From Isurus oxyrinchus (lineage: Eukaryota), in the NCBI GenBank assembly GCA_026770705.1, contig JANJGN010000049.1, forward strand, positions 2,604,001 through 2,668,000: 64,000 nt of DNA, read 5' to 3'. Below, piece after piece: positions 37,770-50,440 of the stretch. The stretch's first letter is position 1, and every line of letters begins with the position of its first letter. The position numbers and the translations under genes were made by a program. The notes under the pieces are model-generated. The model was not told where the DNA came from, did not search any database, and saw only the letters and a program-made list of their open reading frames with translations.

Positions 37770-38080
37770 ACACTCCGAAGTGTAGATACGGGACAGTTCA
37801 GACGCAGAGTAAAGCTGCCTCTACATTGGTAAATTCTTTGGTGAGGCACAGAGTAAATCTCTCTCTAAACTATCTCATCAAACACTCTCAGGACATGTAT
37901 AGTGCTGGATAGATACAGATCCCTGTACATGATTCGATCGAATGGTCCCAAGAATGGTACAGCAGTATCAGATGCAGAATAAATATCACTCTGCAGTGTC
38001 CCATATATCACTCACAGAAAGATATAGGAATTTTAATATGCAGAGCAGTGCTCCCTCTAGACCCTCCCATTAAATACCCC
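37770..38080 (+). repeat. Degenerate shark ~60-bp tandem repeat (GATACAGAGTAAAGCTCCCTCTACACTGTCCCATCAAACACTC family)
   Basis: 4-5 units visible. Inverse remnants at about 3165-3270 and 9515-9580. Confidence 0.65.
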
Positions 38081-38929
38081 CAATGTTGTTGAGTTCACCA
38101 GACACAATTTATACATAAATTCCTTCTGCGAACAGCCATCTATTTGGTTAAAGGTCAATGCGTAGGGCTGAGGTTAAACTTTGGTATGATACGAGTTAAA
38201 GACGTTGACACATTAATGAGAGGCCAGACTCTCCCGGGATAGAGGAGAAAGGGAGACAGAGCGAGATAGCATGTAGGAAACTCCGCAAACACATTTTCAA
38301 TGCTACTATATACCGGATCAAAGGAGGCTTCGCCAGTTTTGAACACATATATCACGTTTACATAGTTGTCCCATAAGTTAGAGAAATGTTCCAAATATCA
38401 ATCATTACTGGAATCCTTTGTGTGATTTGCATTTCTCTGTTGTTATTTCTATGCTCTGTTGATGGGGAAGCATCTATTGTATTTCTGCCGCTCAATATTC
38501 TTTTCTGAGGCGTCTATTTCTGTGTTTATTTACATAAACGCCTCACTAGTTTCAATGAAGTGTTCACGGAAGCAAAATCAGTTCAACAGTCAATTATTGA
38601 TTATTTTCAGCTCAAAACAAGTTTATTTTAAGAATATTCACAGATGGTATACGAAATGAACATAAATATCCGAAAAGCAATTGGTATAGAGGTTATTTAT
38701 TTTATATAAAATAAATCATTACATTTAAAAAAATGTTTCTGAAAGTTCTGTTTAAATCAGTTAAGCATCTCTGAACAGCCTGATATTCTGTTGAATATCG
38801 ATTTGGTGGAAGGATTAACTCCTTTAACACAATCATGTTTAAATAATGAAGAGAGAAATGACCTATGATCACATTCATCTCAGAATTTTTAACACATCAG
38901 CACGTGTATTTTGAAATGTTCACGTTTAG

Positions 38930-39180
38930 CAAAAGCTTGCATTTGTACAGCACATTTCACCTTCTCACGGGGTCCCATGTCACTTTAAGCTCTTTGATGT
39001 ACTTTAGTTTCAAATTATAATCACTTGTGTAATGTTAGAAACACAGGAGGCAATTTATGCACAGCAAGCTCCCACCAACAGAGATGTGATACATGACCGG
39101 ATCACCTGCTTATTAGTGATGTTAGTTGCGGTTTAAATATTGGCATCGGGTACAAGGGTGATCTCCCCTGCTCTGTAAAA
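38930..39180 (-). mobile_element. Deu-type SINE remnant
   Basis: Reverse complement is similar to 23770-23990 (aatttatgcacagcaagctcccac..aacag). Confidence 0.6.
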
Positions 39181-39289
39181 TAAGGTCAGCATAGATTTAT
39201 GCTGAGTATTTCCAGATTTTCTGGCCTTATCTTAGATTGAGAGCATTGGTAAAATTGTACAAAGCTTTGACCATTGTTTTCATTTGTTC

Positions 39290-39760
39290 TTTGGTTGTGA
39301 ACGTCGCAAGCAATGCCAGCCTTAACTGTTCATCCACAAGTACCCCTCAGAAGATGGTGTGGAGCCGACATGTTGAACAGCTGCAGTTTGTGCCGTGCGC
39401 CTCTTATTTGACTTTCCTGCAGAGGTTTTGACCCAACTAAATGGCCTTCTGGGCCATTCCAGGGGCAGTGAAGAGTCAACCACGTTGTTGTGGGCCTGGA
39501 GTTTCATGTAGACCAGGCTGCTAAGGGTGAGATTTCCTCTCCGAATGACATTAGTTGGAACTTTATGACAATTCAGTTGTTCGATTGTTAATGAAATGGA
39601 TAATTTTAATCCAGTTTTTGTTTTAATGAATTAACTGATGTAAATCCCACCAGCTGCCGTAGTGGGATTTTAAATGATGTCTCCGGAGCATTTGTGATCT
39701 TCTCTGTATTAATAGTCCAGATAATTTACTTCGATGCTGCTATTCCCTAAGACTGAGTTG
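39290..39760 (-). mobile_element. tRNA-derived SINE remnant
   Basis: Reverse-complement homolog of 35025-35720 (ccaccagctgccgtagtgggatt). Confidence 0.6.
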
Positions 39761-39819
39761 CCATTACCAATGCCACATCTGAATGATCACCCACCTGACC
39801 ATGCTTCAAACCTGCAGTT

Positions 39820-39925
39820 GTGGCTCTGAGGAAGAGTCATGTGGAATCGAAACGTTAACTCCGTTTCACTCTCCACAGATACTGCCAGGCCTGCTGAGTC
39901 TTTCCAGCATTTTCTGATTTTAGTT
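39820..39925 (+). mobile_element. Penelope-like terminal fragment with hammerhead-like core
   Basis: CTGAGGA-AGAGTCATGTGGAATC-GAAA-CGTTAAC followed by the same arm as in the 19479-19671 element. Confidence 0.65.
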
Positions 39926-41769
39926 CAGTAGTGGTTACTGTCCATATATGAGAGCCACTAATGCATGGCATTCGACATATTGCAGTTGCTATTTTGAAAT
40001 TATAGCATTTGGCTCTATGTATCTAAAGTTCAGGAGCAGACTCCAGTCTTACGCACATCAGTTTAGTTGTAAGGGATCAGTTGTAGTGCAGCCTGGTAAT
40101 GTGCCTGGCCCTTTTGTAACAGTGCTATTTATTTCCACTGGACCCATACAACAGTGGCAAGGATTCCTAAATAATCATTTCAAAACAGTGAGGCAGATGG
40201 TTTCCTGGAAGTTAAAGTTTGCAACTCACTATCTGCACAACAGGGATCTGGATTACTCTCCTCTTCATCGATAATTTAAGGATAGGTTTATCATAAATGG
40301 TCCAGCTTCTGAGGGAATTTTTGAAAAATTAGGGAGAAACTGTTCCACTGGCAGATGGATCAGTGATGCTGGGGCTTAGATTAATTCGATATTAATACAC
40401 TGATTATATTGCACCGTAAGACATTAATGATGTAACACTAAACTCTATCTCTATTTATATTGCATTAGGTTATGCATTAATTATATCTGAATTACTCTCT
40501 GTCCCTTTCAATTCGCCGCAAAGCCCTGCATCAATTGTTTGCACACTAGCTTTATCTCTGGTTGGTTTACACTTGGTATTGTCAGTGATTATTGCTTTAG
40601 GCCCTGCCTCAGTTTTATTAAATTGGGCCCAGTAGCAGTAATTCCTGTTCTGTAACAATTGGCATTAATCTAGTCCCTTTATCAGTAATCACTGCACTAG
40701 GCCCTGCCTCCATTTATATTAATACAGATCGGGTATCAGTAAACACTGTAATAGATCCTGCCTCAGTAAATATTAATACATACTTTGTTTCAGTAACCAC
40801 TGAAAGAAACCGTGTCTCAGTTTATATTAATACAGGCCCTGTATCAGCAATCAATGTAAAATCTCCTTCTCAGTTTATGTCAATCCATACATCGTAACAA
40901 TAATCACTGTAATAGACCCTTTCTCAATTGATAATAATCAATACCTTGTATCAGTATTCACTATAGTAGACCCTGTCTCAGTTAATATCAATCCAGACCT
41001 TGTATTAGTAATCACAGTAATAGCCTCTGATTATATAATCTAGACCATATATCAGTAATCACTGTAATAGACCCTGTCTCAGTTTATACTAATCCATAAT
41101 TTGTACCAGTATTCACTGCAATAGGTCCTGTCTTAGTTAATATTAATCGATGCCTTGTATAAGGAATCACTGTAATAGGTGCTATCTCAGTTTATATTAA
41201 TCCATAATTTGTATCAGTAATCACTGCAATAGACCCTGTCTCAGTTTGTATTAATCAATGCCATCTATCAGTAATCACTGTAATAGATCCTATCTCAGTT
41301 TATATTAATCCAGAAATTGTATGGGTAATTAATTTAATAGACCCAGTCTCAGGTTATATTAATCTAGACCCTGCATCAGTAATCATTCAAATAGACTCTG
41401 TCTCAGTTTATCTTAATCTAGACTCTGTATCAGAAATCACTGTAATAGAGCCTGTCTCCGTTTATCTTCCCCTAAACCTTGTATCAGTACTGGAATAGGC
41501 CCTGTTGCAGCTTATATTATTCTAGGACCTATATCAGTAATTACTCTAATAGACACTTCTCAGTTTAGATTAATATAGACGTTGTATCAGTAATCACTCT
41601 AATATATCCTGTCTCAGTTTATATTAATACAGATGGTTGTATTGGTAATTACTTTAATATACCCTCTCTTGGTTTATATTATTCCATACATTGTATCAGT
41701 ACGCACTGTAAAAGGCAATGTCTCAGTTTATATTAATCTAGACTCAGTATCATTAATCACTCTAGTAGA

Positions 41770-42446
41770 TGGGATCAGAACTGACAACGCAGGTGGATAA
41801 GGTAGTCAGGAAGGCATATAGCATGCTTGCCTTATTTGGCAGGGGTATTGAGTATAAAAGCTGGGAAGTCATGCTGCAGCTGTATAGAAACTTGGTTAGA
41901 CCGCACTTGGAATATTGCGTGCAATTCTGGTCGCCACATTACCAGAAGGATATAGAGGCATTGGAGATGGTGCAAAGGTTTACCAGGATGCTGCCTGGTC
42001 TGGACATTATTAGCTATGAGTAGAGGTTGGAGAATCTAGAGTGATGGAGATTGAGTGGCGACTTGATAGAAGTTTACAAAATTATGAGTGGCATGGGCAG
42101 AGTAGATAGTCAGAAGCTTTTTCCCAGAATGGAAGAGTCAATTACTAAGGAACATAGATTTAAGGTGAGAGGAGAAAACTATTGAGGAAATGTGTGGGGC
42201 AATTTTTTTACGCAGAGGGTAGTGAGTGTCTGGAATTCGCTGCCAGAGGAGGTTGTGGAAACAGGTACAATAGTGGTGTTTAAGAGGCAGCTTGACAAAT
42301 ACATGAATAGGATGGGAATAGAGGGATACGGACCCCGGAAGTGCAAAATGCTTCAGTTGACGGGCAATATGATCGGCACAGGCTTGGAGGGCCAAAGGGC
42401 CTGTTCCTGTGCTGTACCTTTCTTTGTTCTTTCTTCTTTGTTCTTT
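41770..42446 (+). mobile_element. 5'-truncated CR1 LINE inserted in the satellite, 5-bp TSD
   Basis: KAYSMLALFGRGIEYKSWEVMLQLYRNLVRPHLEYCVQFWSPHY peptide and a (TTCTTTG)n tail. GTAGA duplicated at 41765-41769 and 42447-42451. Confidence 0.92.
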
Positions 42447-45400
42447 GTAGACACTGCCTCAGTTGGTATTAATACATACATTGTATCAGTAAGCACTGAA
42501 AGAGACCCTGCCTCAGTTAATACTCATACAGACCTTGTATCTGTAATCACTGTATTGGACACTGTCTCAGTTTATATCAATCCATACGTTGTAATGGTAA
42601 TCATTGCAATAGACCCTGTCTCAGTTGATATGAATTAATACTTTGTATGAGTAAGCAGTGAAATAGGCCCTGACTCAGTTTATATTAAAACAGGCCCTGT
42701 CTCTCTAACAACTGGAATAGACCCTGTATCAGTTTATAGCAATCCAGGCCTTGTATTGGTAATCACTGTTAAAGACCCTGTCCCTGTTTATATTTACCTA
42801 GACAATTTATCAGTAATCAATGCAACAGACCCTGTCTCAGTTTATTTTAATCCATGCCATGTATCAGTAATCACTTTAAAAGACTCTGTCTCAGTTTATA
42901 TTAATATAGACCCAGTATCAATAATCATTCTAATAGAGCTTGTCTCAGTTTACATTAAACTAGACCCTGCATCAGAAATCACTGTAATAGACTCTGTCTC
43001 TGTTGATATTAATCAATACCTTGTATTAGTAATCACTGTAGTATACCCTGACTCAGTTCATATTAATACACACCTTGTGTTGGAAATCACTGTAATAGAC
43101 CCTGCCTCAGCTTATATTAATATAGACATTGTATTTTTTAATTAAAGTAACACACCCTGTCTCAGTTTATGTTAATCCATACATTATATCAGTAATCACT
43201 GTAATAGAGCCTGTCTCCATTTATCTTCCTCTAAACCCTGTATCAGTAGTACCTGTAACAGATCCTGTCACAGCTTACATTGTTCTAGTCCCTATATCAG
43301 TAATTACTCTAATAGACACTTTCTCAGCTTACATTAATACAGACCTTGTATCAGTAATCACTCTAATAGATCCTGTCTCAGTTTATATTAATACAGACAT
43401 TGTACTGGTAATTACTTTAATATAATCTGTCTCAGTTTATATTATTCCATACATTGTATCAGTACCCACTGTAAAAGGCAATGTCTCAGTTTCTAGTAAT
43501 ATAGACCCTGTATCAGTAATCACTGTAGTAGACCCTGTCTCAGTTTATATTATTCCATACATTTATCAGTAATCACTGTAAAATGTACTACCTCAGTTCA
43601 TATTAATCCAGACCCTGCATCACTAATCACAGTAATAGACCCTGTCTCACTTCATATTAATCTACACCCTGTGTCAGTTATCACCGTAATATACCCTGCC
43701 TCAGCTGATATGAATCCACACTTTGTATCAGTAATCACTTTAATAGACCATGTCTCAGTTTATATTAATCTAGACCCTGTATCAGTAATCACTCTAGGAG
43801 ACACTGCCTCAATTGGTATTAATACATACATTGCATCAATAAGCACTGAAAGAGACCCTGCCTCAGTTAATATTCATAGAGATCTTGTATCAGTAATCAC
43901 TGTATTAGACACTGTCTCAGTTTATATCAATCCATACATTGTAATGGTAGTCATTATAATAGACCCTGTCTCAGTTGATGTGAATTAATACCTTGTATCA
44001 GTAAGCAGTGAAATAGGCCCTGACTCAGTTTATATTAAAATAGGCCTTGTTTTGATAAGGACTGGAATAGACCCTGTCTCAGTTTTACCAATCCAGGCCT
44101 TGAATTGGTAATCACTGTAATAGAGCCCATCCCTGTTTAAATTAAGCTATACCATGTATCATTAATCAATGTAAAGACCACATATCTGTTTAAATTAACC
44201 TAGACCATTTCTCAACATTCAATGTAACAGACCCTGCCTCAGTTTATGTTAATTCATGCATGTAGCAGTAATCACTATAATAGACGCTGTCTCTGTTTAT
44301 TTTAATCCAGACTCTCTATCAGTAGTCACTGTAATAGGCCCTGTCTCAGTTGATATGGATCGAAACCTTGTATCAGGAGTCACTGAACAGTCCCTGTCTC
44401 CGTGAATATTAATACAGACATTGCATTGGTAATCACACTAATAGACCCTGGTCAGTTTATATTAATCTAGATCCAATATCAGTAATCATTCTAATAGCGC
44501 CTGTCTCAGTTTATATTAAACTAGACCCTGTATCAGTTATCACTGCAATAGACAGTGTCTCTGTTGATATTAATCAATACCTTGTATTAGCAATCACTGT
44601 AGTAGACCTTGACTCAGTTCCTATTAACACACACCTTGTCTCGGTATCAATGGAATAGACCCTGTCTCAGTTTATGTCAATCCAGAGCTTGTGTTGGAAA
44701 TTACTGTAATAGAACCTGTCTCTGTTTATATTAATCTACACAATGTATCAGTAATCACTGAAACAGAAACTGTCTCACATTATTTTTTCCCATACCATGT
44801 ATCAGTAATCACTGTAATAGATCCTGTCTCAATTTATATTAATATAGACATTGTATTGGTACTTACTGTAATAGACCCTGTCTCAGTTTATGTTAATCCA
44901 TACATTGTATCAGTAATCACGGTAATTTGCACTATCTATTTTTTATTAATCCATATGTTGCATCAGAAATCACTGTAATACTCCCAGTCAGAGGTTATAT
45001 TATTACAGGCCTTGTTACAGTAATCACTGCAATAAACTCTGTCTCCATTTATATTAATACAGATATTGTCTTGGTAATTACTGTAATAGACCTTGTCTTC
45101 ACTTATATCAATCTAGACCCAGTATCAGTCATCACTGTAATAGGCCCTGTCTCAGTGTATATTTATCCATACCTTCTATCAGTAATCTCTGTAATAGATC
45201 CTTTATTGGTTTAAATTAATCTAGGCTCTGTAACAGTAATCACTGTTATGGACCCTGTCTCAGTTTAAATTAATTTGGCCCGGCATCAGTAATCAATGTT
45301 ACAGATCCTGTCTCAGTTTATATTAATGCAGACATTGAATTGGTAATTACTGTAATAGACCCTGTCTCCATTCATATTAAGCCATACATTGTTTCAGTAA

Positions 45401-48400
45401 AAGACACTACCTCAATTTAGATCAAGCTAGACCCTGTGTCAGTAATTACCCTAACAGACCCTGCCTCAGTTAATTGAATCCATACCTTGTATCAGTAATC
45501 AGTGTAATAAATCATGTGTCAGTTTATACTAATCTACACCCTGTATCAGTAATCACTGTAATAGACCCTGCCTCAGTTGATATTAATCCATAGGTTGTAT
45601 CAGTAAACACTGAAAGAGACCCTGCCTCAATTTACATTAATACAGGCATTGTATCAGCAATCACTGTAATTGACACTGTCTCAGTTTATGTCAATCCATA
45701 CATTGTAACAGTAATCATTGTAATAGACAATGTCTCAGTTGATATTAATCAATACCTTGTATGAGTAATCACTGAAGTAGTCCCTGACTCAGTTTATATT
45801 AATAAAGACCTTGCCTTGGTAATGCCAGGAACAGACCCTCTCTCAGTTTGTATCAATCCAGGCCTTGTATTGGTAATCACTGTAATAGATCCTGTCCATG
45901 TTTATATTAATCTAGGCCATGTATCAATACTCAATGTAAGACCCCTGTCTCAGGTTATTTTAATCCATGCCATGTATCAGTAATCAGTGTAATAGAACCT
46001 GCCTATGTTATTGTTAATCCAGACCTGTATCAGTAATCGTTATTAAAGACCATGTCTCAGTTAATATGAATCCATACCTTGTATCAGTAATCACTTCCAT
46101 AAATGCTGTCTCATTTTTTACTAATCCATACACTGTATCAGGGTCACTTTATTGGACCCTGTCTCCATTTATATTATTACAAACATTGTATTGGTAATTA
46201 CTCTAATAGACCCTGTCTGAGTTTATATTAATCTAGGCCATGTAACAGTAATCACTGTAATAGACCCTGTCTCAGTTGATATTAATCAGTACCTTGTAAC
46301 AGTAATCAGTGGAGTAGACTCTGAATCAGTTCATATTAACACACAACTTGTTTCAGTAATCACTGTAATAGACCTTGTCCCAGTTTATATTAATCGATGG
46401 CTTGCATCAGTAATCAATGTAATAGACCCTATCTCACTTTATGTTAATTCAGACCTTCTATCGGCAATTACTGTAATAGATCCTGTCTCAGTTTATATTG
46501 ATACAGACATTGTATTGTTAATTACTGTAATAAACTCTGTCTCCATTTATATTAATCCATACATTATATCAGTAATCACTGTAAAAGACACTGTCTCAGT
46601 TTATATTCATCTAGATGCTGTTTCAGTAATCATCGTAATAGCCCCTGCCTCAGTTGATATGAATCCATACCTTGTATCTGTAATCACTGTAATAGACCTT
46701 GTCTCAGTTTATATTAATCTAGATTCTGTATCAGTAACTGCTGAAAGAGACCCTGCCTCAGTTTATATTAATGTGGCCTTGTGTCAGCAATCACCGTAAT
46801 AGTGTCTCAGTTGATGTGAATCAAATCCTTGTATGAGTAATCACTGAAGTAGACCCTGACTCAGTTTATATTAATACAGAACTTGTCTCAATAATGACTG
46901 GGATAGACCCTGTCTCATTTTATATCAAATGAGGCCTTGTATTGGTAATCATTGTCACAGATCCTGTCTAAGTTTATATTGATCTAGATCATGTATCAGT
47001 AATGAATGTAACAAATCCTGCCTCAGTTTATTTTAATCTATGCCATGTATCAATAATCACTGTAATAGACCTTGTCTTAGACTATATTAATCTAGATCCT
47101 GTATCAGTAATCACTGAAAGAGACCCTGCCTCCGTTTATATTAATATAGGCCTTGTGTCAGCAATCACTGTAATAGAATCTGTCTCAGTTGATATGAATC
47201 GATCACTTGTATCTAATCACTGTTATAGAATCTGTCTCAGTTTATATGAATCTATATCTTGTATCAGTAATCACTGTCATAACCCTATCTCATTTTTTAT
47301 GAATTCATGCCTTGTATCAGGAGTCAGTGTTACAGACCCTGTCTCCATTTATATTAATACAGGCATTGTATTGGTAATCACTCAAATAGACCCTTTCTCA
47401 GTTTATATTCATCTAGGCCCTGTATCACTAATCATTCTAATAGAGCCTGCCTCAGTTGATATTAATCTGGACCCTGTGTCACTCATCATTGTAGTAGGCC
47501 CTGACTCAGTTCATAATAATACACACCTTGTCTTGGTAATCACTGGAATAGACCCTGTCTCAGTTTATATCAATCCAGAGCTTGCGTTGGCAATAACTGT
47601 AATAGACCCTGTCTCAGTATATTATTACCCATTCCTTGTATCAGTAATCACTGGAATGGACTGTGTCTTAGTTCATATCAATGAAGACCTCACATCAGAA
47701 AACATTGTAATAGACCCTGTCTCAGTTTATATTAATCCATACCTTGTATCAGTAATCATTGAAATAGACCCTGTCTCCATTTATATTAATGCAGACATCA
47801 TATTGGTAGTTACTGTAATGGACCCTGTCTTCATTTACTTTAATCAAGACCCTGTAACAGTAATCACTGTGATAGACCCTATCTCCATTCATACTCATCT
47901 TTACCTTATATCAGTAATCTCTGCAATAGATGCTGTCTCAGTTTAAATTAATCTAGGCCCTGTCTCAGTAATCACTGCAATTGACCCTGTCTCAGTTTAT
48001 ATTAATACAGACATTGGGGGTATTGGTAATATCTGTAATTGACCCTGTCACAGTTTATATTAATCCATACATTGTGTCAGTAATCACTGTAATTGATCCT
48101 GTCTCAGTTTATATTATTCCATACATTGTGTCAGTAATCACTGTAATTGATCCTGTCTCAGTTTATATTAATCCATACATTGTGTCAGAAATCACTGTAA
48201 ATTATCCTGTCGCAGTTTATATTAATCCATACATTGTGTCAGTAATCACTGTAATTGATTCTGGTGCAGTTTATATTAATACAGACACTGGGGGTATTGT
48301 TAATTAGTCTAAAAGACACTGGCTCAGTTTATATTAATCTAGACCCTGTATCAGTAATCACTGTAATAGACTGTGTCTCAGTTAATATTAATCAATATTT

Positions 48401-48586
48401 TGCATCAGCAATCACTGCAGTAGACCCTCGTTCAGTTCTTATTAATACACACCTTATCTCGGTAATCACTGAAATTGACCCTGTCTCAGTTTATAGTAAT
48501 CCATACCTTTTGTTGGTATTCACTGTAATAGATCATGTCACTGTTTATATTAACCTAGATCATGTATCAGTAACGATTGTAACAGA

Positions 48587-48718
48587 GATAAAAACAAAAA
48601 AACTGCAGATGCTGGAAATTCAAAACAAAAACAGAATTACCTGGAAAAACTCAGCAGGTCTGGCAGCATCGGCAGAGAAGAAAAGAGTTGACGTTTCGAG
48701 TCCTCATGACCCTTCGAC
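48587..48718. mobile_element. Single-arm Penelope-like insertion in the satellite, 6-bp TSD
   Basis: AACAGA at 48581-48586 and 48719-48724. Same family as 48940-49144. Confidence 0.8.
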
Positions 48719-48939
48719 AACAGACCCTGTCTCAATTTATTATAACCCATACCATTTATCAGTAATCACTGTAAAAGACCCTGTCTCAGTTTGCATTAAT
48801 GCAGACCCTGCATCAGTAAATACTGTCGTAGGCCCTGTCTTCATTTATATTAATCTAGACCGTGTATCAGTAATCACGTAATAGACCCTGTCACAGTTTA
48901 TATTAATACAAACCTTATATCAGTAATCTCTGTAATAAA

Positions 48940-49144
48940 AACAAAAAACTGCAGATGCTGGAAATCCAAAACAAAAACAGAATTACCTGGAAAAACTCAG
49001 CAGGTCTGGCAGCATCAGCGGAGAAGAATAAAGTTGAGTGGGTTCTGTTGAAGGGTCATGAGGACTCGAAAGGTCAACTTTATTCTTCTCCGCTGATGTT
49101 GCCAGACCTGCTGAGTTTTTCCAGGTAATTCTGTTTTTGTTTTT
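48940..49144. mobile_element. Fold-back Penelope-like insertion, 14-bp TSD
   Basis: ATCTCTGTAATAAA at 48926-48939 and 49145-49158. 70-bp inverted arms at 48968-49037 and 49074-49143 with one mismatch. Confidence 0.88.
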
Positions 49145-49659
49145 ATCTCTGTAATAAATGCTGTATCAGTTTAAATTAATCTAGGCCCTATATCAGTAAT
49201 CACTGTAATAGACCCTGTGTCATTTTATATTTATACAAACACTGGGTATATTGGAAATTAATGTAAAAGACACTGTCTGAGTTTATATTAATCTAGACCC
49301 TGTATGAGTAATCACTGTAATAGACTCTGTCTCTGTTGATATTAATCGATACTTTGTATCAGTAATCACAGTAAAACACCTTGTCCCAGTTTACATTAAT
49401 GCAGACCCTGATCAGTAAGTACTTTTGTAGATCCTGTCTTCGATTATATTAATCTAGACCCAGTATCAGTAATCACTGTAATAGGCCCTGTCACAGTTTA
49501 TATTAATACATTTCTTATATCAGTAATCACCTCAATAGACACTGTCTCAGTTTAAATTAAACCAGGCCCTTTATCAGTAATCACCTTAATAGACGCTGTC
49601 TCAGTTTAAATTAATCTCGGCCCTATATCAGTAATCACTGTAATGGACCCTGTCTCCAC

Positions 49660-50440
49660 TCAATGAAAAGCCAATTTTTTCACATCCTTCAAAGAATGTG
49701 TCAGCAATGACTTGATGCTTAGTTTTCAATAAGTGCAAATGCAGGAGTCATCTGCTTACTGAAGCTCACTGAATGATGCTGGGAGAGTTTGGATTTGTAC
49801 TGAAGTTGGTGTAGCTTCAACAGATTCCCGTCCGTTCTGTCAATTATCTCCACGCCTGTGGGTAACCTGCTGGAGGTGAGGTGAACTATTACATAGAGAA
49901 AACAATGAGGAGAGGGTTGGTGCGATGACACAAGCCTGTCTGACCCCAGTTTTCACTGAGGTAGGGTCTGTACTGATCCTAGTGAGGATCAGGGCTTGCA
50001 ATCTATCTTGGAACAGATGGAGGATGGTGAAAAATTTCTGACTGCACCGAATTTGATGGGATACTCCATACGTCTTAATCGTCGGTAGAGGAAAAGGCAT
50101 TTGTGATGCGGAGCAAGGCCTTGTGCAGCTGTTGCTACTGCTCCTGGCATCACTCATGGATTTGCCACACAGTGAACACCATGGTGCCTCTCGATGGGAG
50201 AAAATGTCACTGCGCCTCTGTAAAGAGGTCATGGTAAGTGTGTGACTAAGGATGATGCTTGCAATAATCTTCCCCCTGGAAGAGAGCAAAGGGGCTCCTT
50301 TCAGGTTACTGCAATCGGACTTGTCTCCCTTCTTGAGTGGACTCATAATCAGAGCATTCCTGAGCTCCCTCGGCATGCAGTCCCCTTCACATGTGAGGGA
50401 TATGAGGTTGTACACCTATGTCAGGTCATGTATAGGTAAT
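49660..50440 (-). mobile_element. RTE-clade LINE RT fragment
   Basis: ELRNALIM..KKGDKSDCSN.KG..LLS..GKIIASI and SVKTGVRQACVIAPTL motifs. Confidence 0.8.

Noticed and set aside
42756-48881. ORFs up to 314 aa with DPVSVITVI/DPVSVYINL repeats
   Set aside because: A by-product of the 27-bp (multiple-of-3) satellite. Frequent stops, frameshifts and transposon insertions, with no splice or promoter support.
40720-49660. CRISPR-like repeat/spacer appearance
   Set aside because: The intervening sequences are themselves homologous repeats, the context is vertebrate, and there are no cas genes.
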